From assembly GCF_963921235.1 (NCBI RefSeq), contig NC_086106.1, positions 22,258,001 to 22,322,000 on the forward strand: a DNA stretch of 64,000 bases, read 5' to 3'. Shown piece after piece: positions 36,401 to 50,625 of the stretch. The notes under the pieces were generated by a model, which saw nothing but the letters and a program-made list of their open reading frames with translations, did not search any database and had not been told where the DNA came from. This DNA comes from Mobula hypostoma (taxonomy: Eukaryota). How positions within the stretch are numbered: position 1 is the first letter of the stretch; each line of letters begins with the position of its first letter. Both the position numbers and the translations under genes were made by a program.

Positions 36401-37394
36401 TTTGGGAGTTCAAGATCTAATCAAAACTAAGAGTAAGTGGGAGGACGACTTCGGTATGGACCTTGCGGAAGCATATTGGGCAAAAGTATTGAATAGGGTT
36501 CATTTCTCATCATCATATGCTAGACTGGGGCTCATACAATTCAAAGTTTTACACAGGGTGCATTTAAGTAAAGCCAGACTTGCAGACATATACCCTGGGA
36601 CAGACGCTGGCTGTGACAGGTGTTCCTTCTCTCCGGCTGGTTTAATACATGCATTTTGGTCATGCCCTCGGCTTGATGACTATTGGGCACTGGTTTTTAA
36701 AATCATCAGTGAGGTTTTGGGAGTGACACTGAGACCTTGCCCACTTATAGCTGTATTTGGTGTGGCAGATGATGATTTGGGTTTAAATGCAAGCCAGTCG
36801 GATATCATTGCAATTACGTCGCTATTGGCCCGTAGGAGAATTTCGCTGGTTTGGAAATCTGCCACTCCTCCAACTGCTGCCGCTCGGTTAGAAGATGTAA
36901 TGTTTCTTCTGAAATCAGAAAAAAATTAAATTCACTTTGCGGGGGTCTGTGAAAAAGTTCTATTCGAAATGGGGACCTTTCTTATCATATTTTGGGAATC
37001 TTAAGGAATTACCTACTAGTTGAAGGCATTTGATTGTACTTAGGAAGTTGCCTCCCATTTAACACACTTATAATTTACTTCACAGAGTGGTTGATGAATT
37101 GTAAATATGAGTGTATTTTGGATCATCTGACATGTTGCAGATGTGTATGAGCTGTCGTATTGAAGTAGTGTGGGGGTACGGTTGTGAAATGTCCGTACGT
37201 GTATTTGTGAATTGTTGTGCTGTAGATATATTAGCTGCCATGATATGCTTGGGGAGGGCGGGTGGGGGGGTGTTGTTTTGGGGGTACGATACTAAAACAA
37301 AATGGAGGAAAATGTAAACCATTATATATTCTGTATTGTGTCATTCCTTCAATAAAAATAAATAAATAAAATTAAATTAAAAAAAAAAGAAAAA
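33477..37394 (+). mobile_element. L1-clade LINE, near-complete ORF2 broken into 4 ORFs, with 3' UTR and poly(A)
   Basis: AP endonuclease (NVFAPN, GDLN, SRLDYF, SDH), RT (ALDAEKAFNRVEW, RGTCQGCQLSP, YADD), C-terminal CDRC...HAFWSC. aataaa and A-tail at about 37350-37394. Confidence 0.92.
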
Positions 37395-38659
37395 CGGGAT
37401 GAGGTCCGACAAGGTGAATTTAGGCAGTTAGGAGATAAACAAAAAAGTAGGACCTCAAAGGTAATAATCCCTAGGTTACTACCAGTGCCACGTGCTGGTC
37501 AGAGTAGAAGTAGGGGGCATTTCAGATGAATACGCGGCTTGAAAAATGGTGCAAGGTGGAGGGATTCAAATTTCTGGCGCATTGGAACCAGTTCTGGGGG
37601 AAGTGGGGCCGGTACAAACAGGACGGTCTGGACCTGGTCTGGACTGGAACCAATATCCTAGGGGGAGTGTTTGCTGCTTTCGATCAGGAGGATTTAAACT
37701 AATGTGGCAGGGGGATGGGAACAAGTGCATAGAGACAGAGGTGTGTAAAATGAGGGTGGAAGCAAAAAGTAGTACCGTGAAAAGTAAAAGTGGCAGGCAG
37801 GCAGATCATGGGTACAAATCAAAACGGGCCTATATTCAACATAATTGAATCAGGGCTAAGAGTGTTGTAAAAAGAGACTGAAGAATTTGTGTGTCAGTGC
37901 AAGGAGCATTCGTAACAGGGTGGATGAATTGAATGTGCAGAATTTTATTAATGAATATGATATAGATGAGATCACAGAGACATGGCTCCAGGGTGACCAA
38001 GTATGGGAGCTCAACGTCCAGGGATATTCAATATTCAGGAGGAATAGACAGTAAAGAAAGGAGGTCGGGTAGCGTTACTGGTTAGAGAGGAGATTAACGC
38101 AATAGAAAGGAAGGACATTAGCCTGGAGGATGTGGAATCGATATGGGTAGAGCTGGATAACACTAAGAGGCAGAAAACGCTGGTGGGAGTTGGGTACAGG
38201 CCACCTAAGAGTAGTAGTGAGGTTTCGGATGGTATTAAACAGGACACTAAAAATTCGTGCAATGAAGGAACAGCAGTTATAATGGATAACTTCAACCTAT
38301 ATATAGATTGGATCAACAAAATTGGTAAGGATGCTGACCTGGAGCATTTCTTCAAGTGCGTGCGCAAATGTTTTCTGAACCACCCTGTCGAGGAGCAAAC
38401 TAGAGAGCAGGCCATTCTGGACTGGGTACTGAGCAAGGAGGAAAGGTTAGATAGCAAAATTGTCGTGCGAGGCCCCCTGGGAAGAGTGACAGTAATATGG
38501 TGGGTTCTTCATTAAGACGGAGAGTGATATAGTCAATTCAGAAACATGGTTCTGAATATAAAGAAAGGTAACTTTGAACTTATCAGACATGAATTAGCTA
38601 AGATAGTCTGGCAAATGATACTTAAAGGATTGACGGTGGATATGCAATGACAAGCATTT
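37395..38659 (+). mobile_element. CR1-type LINE, 5' piece (esterase end and endonuclease), host of the Gmr1 element
   Basis: ESIWVEL...LVGVGYRPP...MDNFNL...QAILDWVL. Sequence ...gacaagcATTT continues as ATTTaaagatcacatgg at 48193. Confidence 0.85.
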
Positions 38660-41600
38660 TGTTATGTAACCGGTAAAAACTGAATATCAACCGGGTCAGG
38701 TTCTATAAAAACAACCAAACATTTATTAAACACGGATAAGCAATTAAAAAAAAACAAAAACGAACCTCTTAACCGGAAGATAACCGCTATGCGGCCATTC
38801 AAACAACCGTCACTCGGTACTGGTTCTTAAAGCGATGAGTGCGAAAACAATTCTTAATGCGGTACTAACAAATGCAGTTCTTAAAATGGTAAATTCGAAA
38901 GTCCGAGAGATTTCTACAGCCAATTATGAGGCTTCCCTGGAGAAAGATTTCTTCATAGACGCGACTTTCCTGCTGGTTCTGTACAAAAGATTCACAACGA
39001 AGTAAATAAACAGTCTATAAGCTACTGACTTTTCTTCTGGCGAGCAAATCCTGCATGAACTACCTACCTCTTTTGACGGGGGTTATCCACGATGCAGGTC
39101 GCTACTTCTTCAACGGAGACTCAGTAAGGTTGATCCTTTGTTAAACTGCCGAACGATACCAACTTCCCTTAATCCTTCAGGTCCTGTACTTCGATAAAGT
39201 CTTCACTCTCTAATACTACTGAAAAAGGTACATCAAGAAATCTTGCAGAAATGGGTAAATTGCCAGTCCAGCACAATTGTACCTTACAATAGAACACAGA
39301 CCTCCGTTTTATAAATAAAATTGCGTCGTAAAAAATGAACACGCAACCGAGCGTAGCCTCAGGCTAACTTCTAGCTGTCTAACTAACTGGGTCACCAGGG
39401 GTCCACCCTCTTATATCCTTGGTGAACATGTCATCATGTGACCTCACATCGGCGGAAAAATTGCATCAGTTGACCTCCAAAAGACCAACATTCTCATAAG
39501 AAAGTCAGGGGATCTCCTTGAGATATGTAACACCTCCCTCCAAAAAAGAAACTGATTTCTTAAGGAACACAATTTTAATAATCAGCAATTTACACACAAA
39601 AAATAGAAACGTATAACATATAAAACATACAGATTATGCACAGTATTATCTTTCAGCACTTTACAAACAAATATACAGTAGCAGTGTTACAAATGTTAAA
39701 ATGCCAATCCAGAAGAAAATTACATTGTACATTTAACATCTAGATGGATAATCAGCGATCACATTGTCTTTACCTTTAATATGAGTGATCAAAATATTAT
39801 ACTCCTGTAACATTAAACTCCAATTTAATAATCTTCTATTTTTGTTTTCCATCAAAAACGCTAACGGATAATGATCGGTATAAACTGTGAGTGGTTTATG
39901 GGTAGTACAAACATACACTTCAAAATGTTGTAAAGCCAAAACAAGGGAGAATAATTCATTTTCTATTGTTGAATAACTTTTTTGATGGGCATTAAATTTA
40001 TTAGAAAAATAAGCCACCGGAAGATCAACTTCATCACCATCACCTCTTTGATGTAACACTGATCCTGCAGCTTCATCACTAGCATCTACAGCTAACAAAA
40101 ATGTTTTTTTTCAAAGTCAGGAAATTTGACTACAGGTTGACTGCATATAATAGTTTACAATTTATCAAATGCTTCCTGACAAGGCTCTGTCCAAACAAAC
40201 TTTTCACTTTATTTCAAGAGATTAGTTAATGGAAGAGAAATATTCGCAAAATACTTACAAAAATTTCTGTAGTATCCTACCATACCCAAGAATCTTCTAA
40301 GAAATTTCTTAGCAGCTGGAGTGGGTACTTGTAAAATTTCCTCTACTTTTGGTTGAACAGGAGCTAATATTCCTCGACCCACAACATAATCAAGGTAAGT
40401 CACTGCAGCATGACCAAATTCGCTTTTAGTTAAGTTATTTGTTAAGCTAGTTTTTGAAGGTCTCCCAAATAGTTTCTCCACCTTAGTAATATGTGCTTTC
40501 CACGTATTATTTTCTGCAACTGAATCATCAATATAGGTGTCTGTATCTTTGAATGCATAATCACACTATTAATCATTCTCTGGATAGTACTTGGTGCATT
40601 CTTCCTCCCAAATGGAAGAACATTATATTCATATAACTCAGATGGGGTTACACATACAGAAATCTCTCTACTCCTATCTGGCAATGGAACACACAATAAC
40701 CTTTTAACAAATCAATATTTGTAAGGAATTTGGCTTGTCCAACTTTATCCACACAATCATCTACCTTAGAGATTGGATATGCATCAGTTTTTTTGTCACG
40801 GCATTCACCTTCCTTTAAGGTGTACAAAACCTAATACTATTGTCGGGCTTAGGCACCATGACACACGATGAACTCTAATTCGAATTAGAATCTCTAATAA
40901 TATCATTTTCTAACATATACTTAATTTCTCATTCGGCAAGTTCACATTTTCCCTGTTCATTCGATACGGATGTTGTTTTAGGGGTCTTGCATCTCCAACA
41001 TCTACATTATGCGAAGTAACGTGGTTCTTCTAGGAACGTCTGGAAATAAATCTCTATATTAAAAAAAAACTGTTTCATCTGTTCTCCCTGCTCTAGCTGT
41101 TAATGAGCTATTTTTTTCATCTATATTTCCTAGAATTTTTGAATTTGGTAACCAGGCTGAAATAATGTTGGGTTTAAAATTAGTTTCAGATGAATCATCC
41201 ATTAAGTTTTTTATAAAGATCAGACTCATTATTGACCACAACAATCATAGTAGCAGCTTCTCTCTCATAATAGGTTATATTATATTAAAACCACACAGCT
41301 GCGTTGGTTTTCTTCGAATTGGGATTTTTATCACGTAATCCACATAATTTGTTTTAGATTTAATCCCATAAGGAGCATGATATTTAGCTGTAATTGGTTC
41401 GTTTGCACCGGGAAATGAACCAACACCTTATCTCTACGCTTAAATGACCTCATTCCAGCTTCCTTATCATGACAAGTCTTCATCTTCTCTTGAGCCAATT
41501 TTAAATTGTCCTTTGTCAAGCTACAAGCCTTATATAGTCTTTTTTCTTTAATTTTAAAACATAATCTAGCAATTAGTGTGTTCCTGTTTATTAATCCACT

Positions 41601-43630
41601 GTTCTTTCAACAAGGCCAAACGTCCTCGAACTCTATGCCCAAACACAATTTCAAATGGACTAAAACGTAATGATTCCTGTACTGTCTCCCTTACTGCAAA
41701 AAGTAGTAAATGTACACTTCATCCCAGTCCTTTTTACTTTCCACACAATACGTCCTAATCATAGTATGTAATGTAGAATGGAATCTCTCCAAGGCTCCTT
41801 GTGATTCTGGATGATAGGCAGATGAGGTAATCTGTTTTGCTCCCAGTGTATAACTTGTCTGCTGAAACAATCCAGATATAAATTCCTACCCTGATCCGGT
41901 TATACTTCCTTCTGCAATCCAAAATAAGTAGATAATGTTTAAGGGCCTTTGTTACAGTTTTGGCTGTTATGTTGCTAAGTGGTATAGCCTCTGCGAACCT
42001 AGACACTGTGCACATAATAGTTAACAAATATTTATGTCCAGTTTTAGGTTTTTTTGCAAAGGTACTACACATTCTAGAATGATTTTTTTTTTAGAAGGAA
42101 TCACCAATGTTGGGTTTTTTTGCAGTGTGGCCACTGGAGTAATTTGATTATGTTAACCCACAATTTGACACCTATGACACATTCTGCAAAATATCGCTAC
42201 ATGTTTTCTTAAACCAGGCCGCCAGTAAAAAAAAAATGTTCAGAAACTTTGGTCATTGTTTTCTTTACACCTCAATTTTCCCTGAAAGGTATACTATAAG
42301 CCACAGTTAAAATCTCATTTCGATAAACTTTAGGAACTACTACCTGATGATTAACTTCCCATTCCTCATTAGCTGGAATTGTAGGCGAGCTCCACTTTTT
42401 CATTAATACGCCCTTTTTCAAAATAATATCCTAATGCCACCTTTTTATTACACTATCGGGAAGAGCGTGTTCCTTTAATTTAACTATCTCAGGATCTCTA
42501 CCCTGCTCTGCTATCACCTCTCTCTGAGATAAAGACAAGTCTTCATGGTCAGATTTACTACCAAATTCCTGATCAAATAATGCAGGTAACAACGTTTCTG
42601 ATACATCCTCAAAATTGGAATCTTGAGTTGAACAGTCATGGGTAACAACATCATCCTGTACATCAGTCTTTCTAGCCATAGCTCTGTTACAACACATGAA
42701 TAATCTGTTTTAGAATCCCTCTGTGGTTTCTCAGAATTAGGAATTATTGTCAAATACACTTTAGGAAAGACGTGTCCACCTGCTAAGCCATTTCTAAACA
42801 AAAGAGAAACATCATTCATAGGTAAACTGGATTGTAGTCCTACTTTAACAACACCTGTAACGAATCCTGAACTTAAATTTGCTCTATGTAATGTACTGGC
42901 ATTAGGGCACTCCCAACTCCTCTTATATAGTTCACCTCACCCATGTCAGACTCATCACTAAACTTTAGCACACTGTATAGTATCAGTGATTGAAAAGCTC
43001 CAGTATCTCTATGTATTGTTATTGGTACTGAATTGGATCCTTCTTACAAGGATACAAATACCTCTGTTATAAAAGATTCATATCCCCTCTTAACTTGGTC
43101 AGATTCTGACAAATCCTCTTTAGTATTCATCAAGCTCTGTGAATTTACAGGTGTTTTAATATGCTGCACATAAGCATCTGGGACTGCTTTCTTCTCTTTC
43201 TTTTTCAATCGAACACAGTTAGCTATTACATGTCCAGGTTTCTTATATTAATTAGAAATAATACCAAACTGTCTTTCCTTCACATGTCTCCCTTCATCCT
43301 TAACTTTCTCACTAACTTCAGGTTTAATTTCTGGTTTACCTTGAATCTCTGTGCTATTTTTCCTTTTAAAAGTTCTACTGGGAGAAAATTTATTCTTATG
43401 AATTAAAGCATACTCATCAGCTAATTTAGCAGTCTCCTGCAATGTAGCAGTGTCCCTTTAATTTAAGTATGTTCTCACTTCAACAGGAATGCTTCTTTTA
43501 AATTCTTCCAGTAAAATCAACTATTTTAATTTATTATACTCCCCAGTCACATTTTTAGAGGAAACCCATCTCTCAAAACACACAGATTTCTCATAAGCAA
43601 ATTCCACATATTTTTTTTCATCGATTTCTT

Positions 43631-45367
43631 TTAATTTTTGTATATATTCCAATCGGTTCCAATTTTTTATCCCAAAATCTTTTTTTGATAACGTAGATTC
43701 AAAAATTTCCTCTTATATTTGCCAGAATAAATATCCTAGGTTAGGTGAAAGGTATCTACAGAAATCTAAAAAGGAGGGGGGGGGGGGGCTCGCCCTCCCG
43801 AATTTTAGATTCTATTATTGGGCAATTAATATTCGATATTTAAAATTTTGGTTACAAGATTTGGACGCATCTTTAAACCCTCATTGGGTAAATCTTGAAT
43901 CTAATTCATTACAAGGGTTCTCCTTGGGTTCGGTTTTAGGAACTTTACTTCCTTTTACTTCTTTTAAATCATATAAACAAATGAACAACCCAATAGTTAA
44001 GCATACTTTACGTATATGGTTTCAATTCCGAAGATTTTTTGGGTTTAATCAATTTATTCTAGCAAGTCCTATTATATCAAATTTTCTTTTTCAACCTTCT
44101 ACGATGGATCAAGCTTACTTTGATTGGAAAACCAAAGGTATAATATCTTTTCGCGATTTATTCTTGGATAACTGTTTTATGTCTTTTGATCAACTCTCTA
44201 ATAAATATAACTTACCCAGATCTCACCTTTTTAGATATCTACAGATTAGAAACTTTTTAATTATTGTCTCTCCTAATTTTCCACATCCATATCCAATGGA
44301 CACTTTGGAAAAAATCTTAGATTTAAATCTCTCTCAGAAAAGTGTAGTAGGAATTATATATAATATAATTAAGAATCTATGTCCTGATGCTTCTAATATA
44401 GTCCAAGCTGACTGGGAAAGAGAACTTGAGATTAATATACCGACTGAAAAATGGGAAAAAAATTCTTCAGTTGCTGAATTCATCCTCTGCATGTGCTAAG
44501 CATAGGTTGATACAGTTTAAAGTAGTGCACAGGACTCATATGTCCAAAGATAAACTATCTCGTTATTACTCTTATATTAATCCAATATGTGACAGATGCC
44601 ATTCCGAAATAGCTTCTTTAACCCACGTGTTTTGGTCATGTTCATTGTTGGAGAAATATTGGAAATATGTTTCTGATATTATTTCAACGGTCCTAAATAT
44701 AGACTTACAACTTCATTCAATTACTGCTATCTTTGGACTACCAATGATAGACTTAAATAATTTAACCTCTTCGTCACGAAGGATGATTGCATTTCTTACT
44801 TTAATAGGTAGAAGGTCCATTTTATTGAATTGGAAAGAGATCAACCCTCCTACTGTATTTCATTGGTTTTCACAAACTATGGTGTGTTTGAATTTGGAGA
44901 AAATTAGAAGTGCAGTTTATGACCCTTCCATTAAGTTTGAAAAAAACCTGGAGGCCATCCATTCAGCATTTTCATTTGATGTAATTTGATCATTTCCAAA
45001 CTTGTTTTATCTCCCTGTACTGTTGTTGGAGGGGATTGTAGTCGTCGACAATAAGGTTTTCTTCTTTTCCATTTTTAAGTTGTTAGTTTTGCCCAAGTCT
45101 TTTAGGTTAGTTGATTAATTTTGTTTTTCTTTGGTGATGTTTTTTTTTTGTTTTGTTTTTTTTTCTTTTTCATTTTTTTCCAGTTTTTATTTTTTTTTAT
45201 TTTTTATTATCCGTGGTTAGTTCTACATGTTTGGGAGCTTTGTTAATTTCCACTACTTGGTTTTGCAATTTTTTTTTTAAGTGTAACATTACATCTCCTT
45301 CTCTTTGTATTATGGCTATGTTCTGTTCCTGTATTTTGAAATTAATAAAAAGCTTGAAAAAGAAAAA
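43631..45367 (+). mobile_element. 5'-truncated L1-clade LINE inserted in the Gmr1 gag
   Basis: FLYIFQSVP...GGLALPNFRFYYWA...CDRC...THVFWSC, aataaa and A-tail. TSD GATTTCTT at 43623-43630 and 45368-45375. Confidence 0.88.
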
Positions 45368-46050
45368 GATTTCTTCAAATTACTGAATATTTCTCTATAC
45401 GCTTCCGGAACCAGCTCATATACCTTTAGTATATGCTGTTTAACAGTATCATAATCCAGTGCTTGCTCAGCATTTAAAGTTGAATAAACTTGTTGCGCCT
45501 TGCCTTTATTTACACTTTGTAACATCACTGGCCATTGCTGTTTCGGCCACCCTAAATTCAGAGCAAATTTTTGAAATGCTGGAAATATTTGTCCACTTCA
45601 GCTTCATTAAACGATGGATCTAAAATAACCTCACGACTAGCAATAAACTGTTTCTTAGAACCAGAAGACTAATTATCCATCCTTAATTGCTCACCTCCAG
45701 CACAAATTTCCTCTGGTTTTCAGCTTCTCTTTCTTTAAATTCCATGAGCTTACTTTCCTCTGTTTCTTCAAATTAACTTTTTTTTTTAGTTGCCTCACTT
45801 TCATCAAATTCCCATTTATTTTAATTTGCCTCTCTGTCGGCCATTTCCGCTTTCAATTGTTCGAAATTTATCTGTTGATGATGTAACTCCATTTTCAGAT
45901 TACTCATCGGAAACCTAGCTAACATCTCATCATCAAACTTCACCAAACTTATTTAATGCTCAGCGATTTTATGTGAATTAAAGCCGTCGTTGTACCCTTC
46001 GTAATTTCTTTAATATCCAACATTCCAGCAATCTCCGATACAACAGGTTT

Positions 46051-46516
46051 TACACAGAGACATACACAATATGTGCAATAGCATGCCAGTCGGCCCCTCG
46101 AGCCTGCACCGCCATTCAGTACGATCATGACTGATCATCCAACTCAGAACCCTGTACTTGCCTTCTCTCCATACCCCTCGATCCCTTTAACCACAAGGGC
46201 CATATCCAACTCCCTCTTAAATATAGCCAATGATCTGGCCTCAACTGTTTCGTGTGGCAGAGAATTTCACAGATTCACCACTCTCTGAGTGAAGAAGTTT
46301 TTTTTTTCCTAATCTCGGTCATAAAAAGGCTTCCCCTTTATACTCAAACTATGACCCCTCGTTCTGGACTTCCCCAACATCTGGAACAAATTTCCTGCAT
46401 CTAGCCTGTCCAATCCCTTTAGGACTTTATACGTTTCAATAAGATACCTCCCTCAATCTGCTAAATTCCAGAGAGTATAAGCCTAGTCGATTCAGTCTTT
46501 CATCATATGAAAGTCC
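46051..46516 (-). mobile_element. HER1/CR1-type 3' fragment inside the Gmr1 gag start
   Basis: Reverse complement of the same tail seen at 19900-20280. Confidence 0.85.
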
Positions 46517-46610
46517 AACCAAACAGACTACCCAGAATCAACCAAAGAACTGGAAACAGCAATGGCAAAACTGCACTGCCAGGCCAGTAAAGTCCTCCTT
46601 ACCAACATAG

Positions 46611-47177
46611 AATCAGAATCAGGTTTATTCTCACCAGCATCTGATGTGAAATTTGTGAACTTAGAAGCAGCAGTACAATGCAATACAAAATATAAAAAGG
46701 AAAAATAAATAAATAAAAAATACATAAATAAATAAATAAATAAATTGTTTGATTAATTAATAGATAGATAAATAAATACATCACAATTTACCTATATTGA
46801 CTAGATTAAAATCATGCAAAAATAGAAATATGAGGTAGCGTCCAAGGGTTCATTGTCCATTCAGGAATTGGATGGCAGAGGAGAAGAATCTGTTCCTGAA
46901 TCGCTGAGTGTATGCTTTCAGGCTTCTGTACCTCCTACCTGATGGTAACAGTGAGAAAAAGGCATACCCTGCGTTTTGGAGATCCTTAATCATGTATGCT
47001 TCCTTTCTGAGACACCGCTCCTTGAAGATGGGCTGGGCACTTTGTAGGCTAGCACCCAAGATGGAGCCCACTAAATTTCGAGCTCTCTGCAACTTATTTC
47101 TATTCTGTGCAGTAGCACCCTCCCCATGCAGGCAGTGACGCAAGCTGTCAGATGCTCTCCACGATCCATATATAGAA
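46611..47177 (-). mobile_element. Rex1/Babar-like LINE 3' fragment
   Basis: ORF 46850-47143: FSLLPSGRRYRSLKAYTQRFRNRFFSSAIQFLN, with a (gattct)n tail. Confidence 0.75.
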
Positions 47178-48192
47178 GTTTCTCGCAGTCGCTAAAAATT
47201 CCGGGTCAGGCGAATCCATAAAGTCGTCAATATTCATCGCAGCCGAATACCACTCACACAAAAATCAGAATGGCACTTAAACAAGCACTTAAGCTCAAAA
47301 AATTGAGCAAATTCTGGACGAGCCCCCACAATTTATATTACATAAACGGCAATAATGAATATCAACCGAGTCAGGTTAGATACAAGCAATCAAACATCTA
47401 TTAAACACGGATAATCAATTAAAAAAAAACGAAAACCTTAACCGGAAGTTAACTACTATGCGGTCGTTCAAACAATCGCCACTCGGTACTGGTTCTTAAG
47501 GCGATAAATGCGAAAACAGTTCTTAAATCGCTACGGTCAAAGTGGTAAATTCGAAAGTCCAAGATATTTATACAGTCAATTAGGGGAGACTTCTCTGTAA
47601 AAGGATTTCTTCATTGACGCGACTTTCCTGCTGATTCTGTGCAAAGGATTCGCAACGAAGGAAATAAACGGATTGAAAGCAACTGACCTTTCCTCTGGCG
47701 AGCAATTCCTGCAGGAACTATCTAACACTTTTGGCAGGCATTACACTGCATACAGGTCGCTACTTCTTCAACGAAGACTCAGTAACGTCGATCATTTCTT
47801 AAACTGCCGTATGATACCAAATTCTCTTAATCCTTCAAGTCCTGTACTTCGATAAAGTCATCACTCTCCAATACGACTGAAAATGTACATCAACAAATCT
47901 GGCAGAAATGGGTAAACTGCCTGTCCAGCACTATTCAACTTTACAATAGAACGTAAACCACAGTTTTAAAAATGAAATTGCGTCATATAAAAACACGCAA
48001 CGGAGCGCAGCCTAAGGCTAACGTTCTAGCTGGAAAAGTAACTGCGTCACCAGGGCTCTTCCCTTTTGTACGAATGGTGAACATACCATCACGTGACCTC
48101 ACATCGGCGGTAAAATTACATCAGGTGACCTCCAAAACAGCAATACATCATTCTCACAAGAATGACAAACGATCTCCATGAGGTATGTAACA

Positions 48193-49975
48193 ATTTAAAG
48201 ATCACATGGATGAACTGCAATTGTTCATCCCAGTTTGGCAAAAGAATAAAGCAGGGAAGGTAGTGTCCCCGTGGCTAACAAGTGAAATTGCAGATAGTAT
48301 CAATTCCAAAGAAGAAACATACAACTTAGCCAGAAAAAGCCGCACACCTGAGAACTGGGAGAAACTCAGGGTCCAGCAGAGGAGAGCAAAGGGCTTAATT
48401 AGTAAAGGGAAAAAAAAAAGATTATGAGAGAAATCTGGAAGGGAACATAAAAACTGACTGTAAAAGGTTTTATAGATATGTGAAAAGAAAAAAAAAAATA
48501 TTGGTTAAGGCAAATGTAGGGCCCTTACAGTCAGAGCCAGGTGAATTGATCATGGGGAACAAGCACATGGCAGAACAATTGAATAACTACTTTGGTTCTG
48601 TCTTCAATAAGGAGGACGTAAATAAGCTTCCGGAAATAGTTGGGGATCGTGGGCAGTGAGATGGAGAAACTGAGGAAATACATGTTAGTGGAGAAGTGGT
48701 GTTAGGTAAATTGAAGGGATTAAAGGCAGATAAATCTCCAGGGCCAGATGGTCTGCATCCCCGAGTGGTTAAGGAGGTGGCCCGAGACACAATGGATGCA
48801 TTAGTGATTATTTTTCTAAACTTTTAGATTCTGGATTAGATCCTGAGGATTCGAGGGTGGCTAATGTAACCCAGCTTTTGTTTTTGAAAAAAGGGAGGGA
48901 TGGAGACACCGGTGAATTATAGACCGGTTAGACTGACATCGGTATTGGGCAAAATAGTAGCGTCAGTTATCAAAGATGTGATAACAGCACATTTGCAAAG
49001 CGGTGAAATCATCGGACAAAGACAGCATGGATATGTGAAAGGAAAATCATGTCTGACCAATCGTAAACATTTTTCTGAGCATGTAACTAGTAGAGTGGAT
49101 AGGGAAGAACCAGTGGATGTGGTATATTCGGATTTTCAAAAGGCTCTTGACAAGGTCCCACACATGAGATTATTGTGCAGACTTAAAGCACACGGTATTG
49201 GGGCATTGTCTTGATATGGACAGAAAATTGTTTGGCAGGCAGGAAGCGAAGTGTGGGAATGCCAGTCATTGAAAGTGGTCATTCATGTACAGCAGGCGGT
49301 GACTAAGGCGAATGGTAAGCTGGCATTCATAGTATGAGGATTCGAGTATACACCCGGGGAGGTTCTACCACAGTTGTTCAAGGCCTTGGTGAGTCCACGG
49401 CTGGAGTACTGTGTGCAGTTTTGGTCCCCTAATGTGAGGAAAGAAATTCCTGCCATAGAGGGAGTACAACGAAGGTTCACTAGATCGATTCGTGGGATGT
49501 CAGGACTTTCATATGAAGAAAAATTGGATCGACCAGGTTTATACGCGCTGGGATTTAGAAGATTGACGGGGGAGGGGGATCTTATTGATACATACAAAAT
49601 TCTTAAGCGTTTGGACATGCTAGATGTAGGAAGATTGCTCCCGACGTTGGGGGAGTCCAGAACGAGGTGTCACAGTTTAAGTATGAAGGGGGAGCCTTTT
49701 AGAACCGAGATGAGGAAAAGCGCTTTCACACAAAGAGTGCTGAATCTGTTGAATTCTCTGCCACAGGAAACAGTTGAGGCAAGTCCATTGGGTATATTTA
49801 AGTGGGGGTTAGATGTTTCCATGCGGCTCAAGGGATCAGAGGGTATGGAGAGAAAGCAGGACAGGGTTCCGAGTTGGATGATCAGCAATGATCATACTAA
49901 ATGGCGGTGTATTCTCGAAGGGCCGAATAAACTACTCCTGTACCTATTTTCTATGTTTCTATGGACACGTAACAA
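48193..49975 (+). mobile_element. CR1-type LINE, 3' piece (continuation of 37395-38659), internally deleted RT
   Basis: NYRPVRLTS...GKSCLTN...DFQKALDKVPH, LEYCVQFWSP...FTQRVLNLLNSLP, HER1-type tail. Confidence 0.88.
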
Positions 49976-50625
49976 TTTTTTTCCTCACATACAGCATAAC
50001 ATAATGTAATTTGAATCCAGTTTGTTTCCAGCATCCTCAGCAATTAGGTATCAATTCTGTGTTAGTTGCAGGGTACTGGTCTCATAGATAATATTGCCGT
50101 CGAGTATACAGTTTCATTAGTATGATGTCGGTGCGGTGAAGTTATTTCACCTTTCATCTTACCATTGAAACTCGTTTACATTCATTTTAACCTGTACAGT
50201 TATTGTACAATTTAAGTATTATTAAAGCAGTTAGGATCATCATGTTCGGGTGAATGTGATGACCTACATTGTTTCAAAGGCCTAATTGTTCAGGGGAAAT
50301 ATCTGTTCTTGAAACTTGTCGTATGGGACCTGAAGTTCCTATACCACAATTCTAATAGCAGCATCGAAAATGTAGTATTGCCCGGATGCTGGAGAGGCAG
50401 TTAGTTTTGAGGAAATATGTAGGATGCAGGAGAATTTACACAGATTAGGAGAAAGGGCAGGAAAGTGGCAAATCAAGAACAATTTTTGAAACTGAATGGT
50501 CATGTACTTTGCTAATAGAAACAACTGTGCGGCCGATCTTCTAAACGGGGATAAAATCCAGTGATTTGAGATGCAAAGAGACTTTGCAGTCCCTGTGGAG
50601 AACACCCCAATGTTTAGATTTCAGG

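Larger units (their letters stand above)
38660..48192 (-). mobile_element. Gmr1-type Gypsy LTR retrotransposon (5' LTR 47336-48192, 3' LTR 38660-39532), decayed, with nested insertions
   Basis: TSD ATTT at 38656-38659 and 48193-48196. PBS TGGGGGCTCGTCC (47328-47316, tRNA-Pro type). PPT at 39533-39545. gag ATG 47237 (MNIDDFMDSPDPEF). Protease RDTGA about 43000, integrase 41755-42230, RT about 40440-40860, RNase H 39733-40098 (VDASD). Confidence 0.92.
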
